Below the pieces are notes generated by a model. The model saw only the letters and a program-made list of their open reading frames with translations. It ran no database searches and was not told the DNA's origin. From Octopus bimaculoides (lineage: Eukaryota), in assembly GCF_001194135.2 (NCBI RefSeq), contig NC_068999.1, positions 52,567,893 to 52,609,140 on the forward strand: 41,248 nt of DNA. Reading direction: 5' to 3'. This document shows positions 22,902 through 31,414 of the stretch, one piece after another (within the stretch, counting starts at the first letter, position 1; every line of letters starts with the position of its first letter). Both the position numbers and the translations under genes were made by a program.

Positions 22902-23042
22902 TTTCAGTCTTAGCAGTTTTGCATGAAGTCTTGTGATGTTTCCAGTCAGCTGTTTGACAAACTTTGGAACAATATTCCACATTGTTGCAAGCAGCACATT
23001 TTTTCAATGCTACATCTGACTTTTTACACCTGGCACACTGAC
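22902..23042 (-). CDS. Gene B, MYND cassette exon 4 (3' end lost in assembly gap; expected end ~22869 if 174 nt)
   Basis: AAACAG| then GQCARCKKSDVALKKCAACNNVEYCSKVCQTADWKHHKTSCKTAKTE then N-gap. Two nt differ from exon 5 over the visible part. Confidence 0.75.
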
Positions 23043-23849
23043 CTGTTTGGAAAAGGATAAAAAGCAGAAAAAAAATCAAACACTTTTGCAACATGTATTA
23101 TTTAAAATTCTTAATATTGTTACTGTGGATAAAGTGTTTATTTGGGATAACTGCAATAACCTTAAGGGTATCAAGTGGTTAAATAAAGATATTCCCCTCT
23201 TTTTCAATATTTTTAGGTTGTAACTCTTAATAATTATATTAATACCGTTAATGTAGGGATTAGTTTACATATTTTCTCTCTTTATATATAAATGGAATAT
23301 TTTGGAGTTGTCAGTATTGTTGTGTTCTTGTCAAAAGATGACCTGTGTGGTGTTTATTGATTTAAGGTCCTCCATTCAGTTCTCACAGGTGGTATGGTGT
23401 ACATACACACACACATATATATATAGATCTGTATATATACACATGCACACACTGATATATTTATATGCCTTTTAACCTTTGCATGTACACACACATATAT
23501 GCATACATACATTTGTACATATGTATACACACATACATACATTCTTTCAAATATATATAATATTGTACTGCACATATATATATATATATATACATATGGT
23601 GGTTGTCTACTCCTTATGCAGAGTCTGCCCACCTCTTGTACTTACACTTTAGATACATCATTGTGTCTGATGTGGTTTTTTAAAACCAGACAATGTACTG
23701 AAAAGACACTCATGTAGATTGCATATCTGATTTGGACAACCAAGACCTGCAGTTAAGTTCAGATCTTTGTGGATCTTAAACTGTCTTTTGAGGCATCTGT
23801 TAGATTTGCAGAGCTTATGGCATAATAAATACAAGATTTTCACACAGTC

Positions 23850-23955
23850 TCCATCTACCAAATTCACCTGCAAGTCTTTAGTAGAAGACACTTGCCCAAG
23901 GTGCTATGCAGCAGGTCTGAAACTAAAACTACATGGTTGCAAGGGAGCTTATTAA
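23850..23955 (-). mobile_element. SINE family 2 head fragment
   Basis: TCTACCAAATTCAC...CAAG.CTT.AGTAGAAGACACTTGCCCAAGGTGC.ATGCAG. Confidence 0.65.
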
Positions 23956-24081
23956 TTATTCAGCTAGAGCTATATGGGTATAACAGATATATAATGTTGC
24001 ACAGTGGACTTATATGTATTTATGTAGTTGAAATATAAAATGGTTTAGTTAAGGGAAATATTTCCTGTTTGTATTACTAAC

Positions 24082-24255
24082 TTTTGACTGATTTTCCATT
24101 GGAACTTTTATCATCTTTAGTCTCTGAAGTCTTGCATGAAGGCTTGTGTTGTTTCCAGTCAGCTGTTTGACAAATTTTGGAACAATATCGTACATTGTTG
24201 CAGCCAGAACACTTTTTCAGCACTACACCTGACTTCTTACACCTGGCACATTGAT
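24082..24255 (-). CDS. Gene B, 174-nt MYND cassette exon 3 (phase 1-1)
   Basis: AAACAG| ... A|GTTAGT. DQCARCKKSGVVLKKCSGCNNVRYCSKICQTADWKQHKPSCKTSETKDDKSSNGKSVK, no stops. Missed by the ORF track. Confidence 0.85.
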
Positions 24256-24659
24256 CTGTTTGGGAAGATGAAAAGCAGAAATATCAAACACCTCTTCAAC
24301 ATGTATGTTCCATTTAAAAGTGTTTACATTGTTAATGTGAGTCAGAAATTTGTTTATAGTTGGGAGTTGATATTGTTTCTATATCGTAATATGTTTTGAA
24401 ACAAAAGTAATACTTGAGTAACTGGAGGTAATCAAATGAGAAAATTTTACAATCATCATTTAATGCCCACTGTTCCATACTTGCATGGGTCAAACAGATT
24501 TTCTATGGTACCTTTTTTGTTGCCAATACTTACCTCTTTCTAAGCAATATAACATTTCCCCATGGCCAAATGTCTTCCATAGAGGACTGGAAAGGAACAA
24601 CATCTCTTGTATGATTGTGATACTTGTTTACAGCCATCGTGTGATGTCAAGACGGGTAC

Positions 24660-24800
24660 AAACACATACAACAGAGAATTCCACTCACAAGGCTTTGGTC
24701 AACCCAAGGCTGTAGTAGAAGACACTTGCCCAAGGTGCCATACAGTGGGACTGAATCCAAGACATGGTTGGGGAGCAAGCTTCTTAACCACACACGCAGC
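24660..24800 (-). mobile_element. SINE family 2 head fragment
   Basis: CCACTCACAAGGCTTTGGTC.ACCC.AGGCT.TAGTAGAAGACACTTGCCCAAGGTGCCA...CTTCTTAACCACAC. Confidence 0.7.
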
Positions 24801-25093
24801 TAAGCTAGCCGCATTTTATCTATTGATAAGTTATAAATATATTATATTTGGTTATGACATGTGGAGAAAGCAGAAGAGGATTTGGTAATAATTTCGTTTA
24901 AGTGTCTAACACAAAAACCAAGGTTTTTAGACATTTAGATACAGATTGCTAATATATTATAATGTGATATGCTGTGGTAGTGTAGCAGAGACATATTTTT
25001 GTATTGGAGATGGTACAGTTTATGTATAGTGTGATATAGCATGTTGTATTAAGGCTTTAGTAATCAAATAATTTGCCTGCTTCTAGCACTCAC

Positions 25094-25267
25094 CTTTATC
25101 TGAGCTTGTGCTGAAACTTTCATCATCTCTAGTTTCTGGAATCACACAGGAGAGCTTGTGATGTTGCCAGTCCATAATTTTACAAAATGTGGAACAGTAT
25201 TCTACCTTGTTGCAGGATGAACATTTTATTAATGCTACATCTGATCTGTCACATCGAGCACAATGGC
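25094..25267 (-). CDS. Gene B, 174-nt MYND cassette exon 2 (phase 1-1)
   Basis: AAACAG| ... G|GTGAGT. (R)HCARCDRSDVALIKCSSCNKVEYCSTFCKIMDWQHHKLSCVIPETRDDESFSTSSDK, no stops. Missed by the ORF track. Confidence 0.85.
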
Positions 25268-25597
25268 CTGTTTTAAGAGACAGGGGAGAGAAAAAAAAAC
25301 TACAATATCAAACACTTCTACATCATGTGTGATGGTGTTTGATTTATAAGTTTTAATGCTGCTTAATGTAATAAGTTTGGTTTGTGTATAGTGGAAAACC
25401 AATGACAAATGATCCTCATATAGTATTGTACCAAACATGCTTTACAATAAATATAATGTCTGAACTAATGACAGTAAATCTATGTGAAAAACTTACAGAA
25501 AATAATGGTTTCAAATTTTGGCAAAAGGCCAGCAATTTCAGAATGATGAAAGTTAAGCTATTACATTGACCTCAACTTGTACTTATTTTATTGATCC

Positions 25598-26606
25598 TGT
25601 AGCGTACTTCTCTCTCTTTCTGTTATATATACATGGATGCGGACGTAGTGGATAACAGCTAGCCTTCGACTGCACTTTTGGATCCTGTTGTGTCCACCAC
25701 TCTGATTGGTTGGTATTGGCGCATTTTGTCTCCTGTTCTATTCTGTGCCAAGATGCAACCCAACCAATCGCAGCCTTCAGATAAGGTCGCGTGGGACAAT
25801 TTTCTGAATCCCAGTTTAAGCCGATAGAATATTATAAATAGCTACCTTTTCACCGTCACAGTTTTGTCAGCCTTCTCAGCTCCAGACCTTCTGAGGTCTA
25901 GCCGCTGACCACAGAGCACACAGCCAGTTCCAGCGACGACAACAGCTGCTTCATGGAGATTCAACACTTAGTTCAGCAGCATTCAGGACACTCCATCTTC
26001 GTCTTGACTACGCCNNNNNNNNNNCACTTAGTTCAGCAGCATTCAGGACACTCCATCTTCGTCTTGACTACGCCAACTTCTCTACGTACACACCACCTGC
26101 ACAGATTCTATAACCTCACTGTTTGTGAATTACTTCACCATGGTTAACAGTGAATACAACCTGTGAGACCTCATGTACCAAGTAACCGGCCGCAGCATTG
26201 AAGCCTCAACTTCTTACATGACATGTGTCTCTTCCCGGCTCTGCATTGCCACCACATCTTCTTGTTACAGCACCTCAACCACCGTGTACCTTGAATACGA
26301 ACTGGTATTTACCATCCTTGTGTCAGGACTTTCTTCTAACGTCCTTATAGACTCTTTTCTATGCTCTGTATTTCCCGCATACACACTTTGTTTGCATGAT
26401 GGCCTGTCTATTATTGTGTTTATATGTTGCACTCACACACACAGACATACATGTTGACATATCAAAATCTTCTCTTAAACCTTTTACCAGTTGTGTCTCT
26501 CTTTACCTTTTGGCACTCATACTCATTTATCCTCTTTTCGTATTTTTTATTTGTATCGACTGTGCGATGTGCTAAAGGAGCCATTCCTCGTCGCACGGTT
26601 GTTACA
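25598..26606. mobile_element. Solo LTR (TGTA...TACA) with 4-bp TSD ATCC, inserted into a SINE family 1 copy
   Basis: Removing it restores the SINE core TACTTATTTTATTGATCC|TGAAAGGATGAAAAGCAAAGT. ATCC at 25594-25597 and 26607-26610. No coding remnant; CCAAT-like and TATAAATA motifs inside. Confidence 0.75.
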
Positions 26607-26958
26607 ATCCTGAAAGGATGAAAAGCAAAGTTTTTTTACTTTCTGCATTTTCTATATAATGCCTTCTCAGTTTTTTCACATTTCTTCTATTATTCAATTT
26701 TTTTAGTTTGTTATATGCGATTTGTGCCTGAAGAATAAGTTTGAGTATTTCTCAACATATATATATTCCTTTTTAGTATCAGTCCAAGGACTGTAGCCAT
26801 GCTGGGGCAGTGCCGTTTGCTTTGCTATACTTTCACTAAACTGCCTCTGATATGTGACATTGGTGGATGAAGGAGTTCGACGTTACTGCCCTCATCTGCT
26901 GGGGTTTTTGCACCAGGTTCCAAACCTGGTACTTATTCTATCAATCTCTTTTGCCGAA

Positions 26959-27132
26959 CCGCTGTTGCAGGGACGTAAACACATCAGCATCGGTTGTCAA
27001 GCGATGGTGGGGATACAAACACAGACACACAAACATATATATACGACGGGCTTCTTTCAGTTTCCGTCTACCAGATCCACTCACAAGGCTTTGGTCGGCC
27101 CGAGGCTATAGTAGAAGACACATGCCCAAGGT
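26959..27132 (-). mobile_element. SINE family 2, central part
   Basis: Reverse complement of 39945-40150 (CGACGGGCTTCTTTCAGTTTCCGTCTACCA.ATCCACTCACAAGGCTTTGGTCGGCCCGAGGCTATAGTAGAAGACA). Confidence 0.85.
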
Positions 27133-27162
27133 CCCACACACACACACATATATATATATATA

Positions 27163-27289
27163 CAGGGTGTTCACAAAGTCTGGGTACATAGGGATTAACA
27201 CATACTTTAAGAAATTATTATTTCTTATATTTAATTGTTTATGTTATGATTTTATTTACTCCAAGTAGCCAGACTTTGTGGACACCCTG
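27163..27289. mobile_element. 127-bp Tc1/mariner-type MITE with TA TSD
   Basis: TA|CAGGGTGTTCACAAAGTCTGGGTAC ... GTAGCCAGACTTTGTGGACACCCTG|TA. Confidence 0.85.
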
Positions 27290-27470
27290 TATATGTTTGT
27301 GTATCTGTCCTCCCACCATCGCTTGATGTCCCCGTAACTTAGTGGTTCAGTAAAAGAGACCGATAAAATAAGTACTAGCCTTACAAAGAATAAGTTCTGG
27401 GGTTGATTTGTTCGACTAAAGGCGGTGCTCCAGCAGGGCCACAGTCAAATGACTGAAACAAATAAAAGAA
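27290..27470 (+). mobile_element. SINE family 2, 3' half
   Basis: CCATCGCTTGA...AAAGAGACCGATA.AATAAGTACT...GGTGCTCCAGCA.GGCC.CAGTCAAATGACTGAAACAA.TAAAAGAATA. Confidence 0.8.
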
Positions 27471-27489
27471 TAGCACTGCATAGTACCGA

Positions 27490-27690
27490 AAATCTCAACA
27501 TTACTATCAGGTTACAGAACCAGATACTGCATCAGCTTAGACTTCAAAGGCCCACAGTTCTTCAAAATCCTCCCCTGAGAAACCTGTATGGCATTGATGT
27601 AGGCCTTTTCAAAACAAAACTGGATCTTCTTCTGTCAAGAGTTCTGGATGAACCTACCTCAAGGCAAGAAACACAGATGAGGGCAGCATA
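27490..27690 (+). mobile_element. CR1-type LINE 3' fragment
   Basis: Frames give YCISLDFKGPQFFKILP and LRNL.G..VGLFKTKLDLLLSRVLDEP, resembling the CR1 ORF2 C-terminus. Confidence 0.6.
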
Positions 27691-27777
27691 GATGGGGTTT
27701 AGTGAAAGTGTAACAAAGTAAAAGATGGTGTCCCAGCATGACTGCAGTCCTTGGACTGAAACTTAAAAAGGAAAAAG

Positions 27778-27829
<52 letters not shown>

Positions 27830-27925
27830 GCACACACATGCCTCTGACCATATATAATTACATCGAAAAGCATTAAGCAAATTTAACACATTATCTTAAT
27901 ACAATATAAAGATATATGTACGTAC

Positions 27926-28535
27926 GTATATTTAGTGCTTGGCACAGGAGTCTATGAATTGGATAATGAATCAACAGACACCACTGAGAACAGTAACTCA
28001 CTTGCCTGCATCTTGGGCAAAAAATATGCTGGAATTTGAAATCTTTGCAACGGGGACATATCAACGGGTGATCAAAAAATAAAAATGGATTAGTAATGAA
28101 GCTGAAGAGGTCGAAGGGGTTAATGACTGGAAAGGGGTTGATAATATCTTCCAGATCAATAAAGCCTGTTGCCCCATCATCATCATCATCATCATCATCA
28201 CCATCATAATATTCAACGAAGCCTGTTGCCCCATCATCATCATCATCACCATCATAATATTCAACGAAGCCTGTTGCCCCATCATCATCATCGTCACCAT
28301 CATTATCTTTCTCAAGAATTGCAACCTGTTCTTCCTTCTTGAATCTAATATCTTGTTCATCAAGTTGAGCATTAGCAGAAGCTACAGTATTTACAGAGCA
28401 CACTCTGCTATGTTCAACGCTGTCTTCCATTTCACAGATGTCAGAACAATAAAAGACAACTTTACAATGCTTGCAATTTTGGAGTTGAGAATCACTTTTG
28501 CCACAATTTTGGCAGCAATTATTAATATTCACCAT
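27926..28535 (-). CDS. Gene B, first coding exon: MYND finger - acidic tandem repeat - 3xNPF - MYND finger (unspliced ORF continues to stop at 27891)
   Basis: ORF 27891-28535 holds two complete MYND patterns (CQNC...HSRVC; CPRC...HRLLC). The ATG is preceded by an in-frame TAA and by an upstream TTTCAG acceptor (5'UTR intron). A phase-1 donor C|GTACGT at 27925 matches the downstream phase-1 exons. Linkage to the downstream exons is inferred. Confidence 0.7.
28161..28302 (-). repeat. Coding tandem repeat, 48-nt unit (DGDDDDDGATGFVEYY) x3
   Basis: AAGCCTGTTGCCCCATCATCATC... occurs three times; the third unit has 3 extra GAT codons. Confidence 0.9.
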
Positions 28536-28676
28536 AGTGTTTTAAATTGATGGAGTTGTAGTCTTGAAACTGAAATAATATAAGAAAAAAAAAACAATTA
28601 TAGGATGAAAGAAATACTACAGAATTTAATTTTCTTTCTTCTCTATGTGGAATTATTAGTTTAAAAGATATAGATT

Positions 28677-28885
28677 TTTATCACATCAACAAATATAGGT
28701 TGGTATCATACAGTCAAATATAGCTTATCACACCATCAAATATAGTATATTATCACATGATCAAACATAGCTAGTTATCACATCATCAAATATGCTTTAC
28801 TATCACATCGTCAAATATAGCATATTATCATACCATCAAATATTATTTGTTATTATGCTATCAAATATAGCAAGTTATCACACCA
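28677..28885. repeat. Minisatellite, ~26-bp unit (TTATCACATCATCAAATATAGC..) x~8
   Basis: Repeated TATCA(C/T)A....CAAATATAG cores. Confidence 0.8.
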
Positions 28886-28933
28886 TTATTGTCAAACAAT
28901 AAATAATAATAATAATAATAATAATAATGATAA

Positions 28934-29535
28934 TCCTTTCTACTATAGGCACAAGGCCTGGAATTTGGCAGGGGTGGGTGGAGGCGTTAGTCAATTGCAT
29001 TGACCCCAGTGCTCAGCTGGTACCCATTTCATCAACCCTGAAAGGATGAAAGGCAAAGTCAACTTCAGTGGAATTTGAACTCAGAATGTAAAGACAGATG
29101 AAATGCCACTAATGATTCTGCCCAGTGTGATAACAATTCTTGCTGTCTTTGAATAATAATAATCCTTTCTACTATAGGCACAAGGCCTGGAATTTTGAGG
29201 GAGGGGACTAGTTGATTACATCGACCCCAGTGACTCACTGGTACTTAATCTATTGACCCCAAATGGAAGAAAGGCAAAGTTGACCACAGTGGCATTGGAA
29301 ATCAGAATGTAAAGTCGGGCAAAATACTGCTAAGCATTTTACCCGGCATGCTAATGATTCTGCCAGCACACCACCTTTGAATAATAATAATAATAATAAT
29401 AATAACAATCCTTTCTACTATAGGCACAAGGCTTGCAATGTTGGGGGAGGGGAATAGTTGATAACATTGACCCCATACTCAATAGGTACTTACTTTATCA
29501 ACCCTGAAAGGCAAAGTTAACCTCAGTGAAGTTGC
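28934..29535 (-). mobile_element. Three head-to-tail SINE family 1 copies separated by (AAT)n
   Basis: TCCTTTCTACTATAGGCACAAGGC at ~28934, ~29163 and ~29409; the third copy is truncated. Confidence 0.85.
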
Positions 29536-29544
29536 AGAGGTAAA

Positions 29545-29835
29545 AGAAAAGAACTTTGTTGCCGTTAAATGTTTTTATGTTTTAAAAGAAAAGGAAACTG
29601 TGTTGTTGAATGTTTTTAAAAGAAAAGGAAACTGTGTTGTTGAATGTTTTTAAAAGAAAAGAAAGAGAAAAGAACTTTGTGTTGTTAAATGTTTGAAAAG
29701 AAGAAAAAGAACTTTGTGTTGTCAAATGTTTTAGAAGAAAAAAACTGTGTTGTTAAATGTTTTAAATGTGGTTCTAAAGAAACAAAAGAAAAAAACAGAA
29801 CTTTCCAAAGAACTGTCTTTGTTGTTAAATGTTAA
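29545..29835. repeat. Minisatellite, ~34-bp unit (AAAAGAAAAGGAAACTGTGTTGTTGAATGTTTTT) x~8
   Basis: Repeated (AACT/ACTT)TGTGTTGTT(G/A)AATGTTT cores with A-rich spacers. Confidence 0.85.
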
Positions 29836-30075
29836 AAAAAAAAAAATTTATTTTGACCATGCAATATTTTGTGTTTTTTTTTTGTTGTTGCCGGCTATTC
29901 TGGCTTCGTTTCACTGCTTCATTTGTTCCAGGGCAGATTTCTGATTTACTGAGCATTGGCACATGCAAACTTCTCTGGACTAGCAAACTGCGGGCTGTTT
30001 GTGTAGGAACCCGTGGTAGTATCAGAGGGTCGCATGCAGTGTAACAATACATATATACATAGTATATATATATAT

Positions 30076-30322
30076 GACTGGCTCTTGTGCAGGTGGCACA
30101 TAAAAGACACCATTTCGAGCGTGGCCGTTTTCGTGCGGGTGACACGTAAAAGCACCCACTACACTCTCTGAGTGGTTGGCGTTAGGAAGGGCATCCAGCT
30201 GTAGAAACTCTGCCAAATTAGATTGGAGCCTGGTGTAGCCATCCGGTTGCACCAGTCCTCAGTCAAATCGTCCAACCCATGCTAGCATGGAAAGTGGACG
30301 TTAAACGATGATGATGATGATG
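30076..30322 (+). mobile_element. Repeat family 3 copy ending in (GAT)n tail shared with RTE LINE
   Basis: GGTGGCAC.TAAAA subrepeats, then GTTAGGAAGGGCATCCAGCTGTAGAAAC ... GTCCAACCCATGCTAGCATGGAAA..GGACGTTAAACGATGATGATG. Confidence 0.8.
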
Positions 30323-31044
30323 ANNNNNNNNNNNNNNNNNNNNNNNNNNNNNNNNNNNNNNNNNNNNNNNNNNNNNNNNNNNNNNNNNNNNNNNNNNNNN
30401 NNNNNNNNNNNNNNNNNNNNNNNNNNNNNNNNNNNNNNNNNNNNNNNNNNNNNNNNNNNNNNNNNNNNNNNNNNNNNNNNNNNNNNNNNNNNNNNNNNNN
30501 NNNNNNNNNNNNNNNNNNNNNNNNNNNNNNNNNNNNNNNNNNNNNNNNNNNNNNNNNNNNNNNNNNNNNNNNNNNNNNNNNNNNNNNNNNNNNNNNNNNN
30601 NNNNNNNNNNNNNNNNNNNNNNNNNNNNNNNNNNNNNNNNNNNNNNNNNNNNNNNNNNNNNNNNNNNNNNNNNNNNNNNNNNNNNNNNNNNNNNNNNNNN
30701 NNNNNNNNNNNNNNNNNNNNNNNNNNNNNNNNNNNNNNNNNNNNNNNNNNNNNNNNNNNNNNNNNNNNNNNNNNNNNNNNNNNNNNNNNNNNNNNNNNNN
30801 NNNNNNNNNNNNNNNNNNNNNNNNNNNNNNNNNNNNNNNNNNNNNNNNNNNNNNNNNNNNNNNNNNNNNNNNNNNNNNNNNNNNNNNNNNNNNNNNNNNN
30901 NNNNNNNNNNNNNNNNNNNNNNNNNNNNNNNNNNNNNNNNNNNNNNNNNNNNNNNNNNNNNNNNNNNNNNNNNNNNNNNNNNNNNNNNNNNNNNNNNNAA
31001 ATATATATATATATATATACATAATATATATATATACACAATAT

Positions 31045-31145
31045 ATATATATTCTTTTACTTGTTCCAGTCATTTGACTGCAGCCATACTGGAGCACCAC
31101 ATTTAGCCGAGCAAATCGACCCCAGGACTTATTCTTTGGAAGCCT
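31045..31145 (-). mobile_element. SINE family 2, 3' tail
   Basis: TTCTTTTACTTGTT.CAGTCATTTGACTGC.GCCAT.CTGGAGCACC, the reverse complement of the family tail. Confidence 0.7.
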
Positions 31146-31154
31146 CGTATGGAA

Positions 31155-31410
31155 AGACTTCCTCCAGTCTCCCTACCATTTTCTCGCAAATCATTTAAAA
31201 AAAAATTTTTTTTTTTTTTTTCGCTCATAACCCACATTTTCAGATACGGAGATTGCAGAAAAGCAAAAAATCGTAATTTTGAAATTTTTTGTCCTCCCCA
31301 CCCTACAAATTCTTCATTTTTTAACTTTTTATGTAAACCTAACCCTAACCAGAAAATTTTTTGGAAATATGCGGAAAAATACAGCGATTATAATTCTGAA
31401 AAATAGGACG
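31155..31410. mobile_element. MITE-like remnant related to 12375-12713, with CCTAACCCTAACC
   Basis: GAAAAATA..G.GATTAT.ATTCTGAAAAA and TTTTCA.....GAGATTG segments are shared with the 12.4-12.7 kb MITE. TIRs not resolved. Confidence 0.35.
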
Positions 31411-31414
31411 AAAC

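Noticed and set aside
17477-23094. ORF-track start codons for the MYND ORFs (17719, 21937, 23094)
   Set aside because: The N-terminal extensions translate polypyrimidine tracts (FLLFILF, FCFPSPP), and canonical acceptors lie directly before each finger, so these are internal exons.
25966-26054. 49-bp direct repeat inside the solo LTR
   Set aside because: Identical copies flank a 10-N gap; assembly overlap artefact.
28677-29835. CRISPR-like arrays (26-bp and 34-bp periodic repeats)
   Set aside because: Units are degenerate and contiguous with no unique spacers, there are no cas genes, and the context is eukaryotic; ordinary minisatellites.
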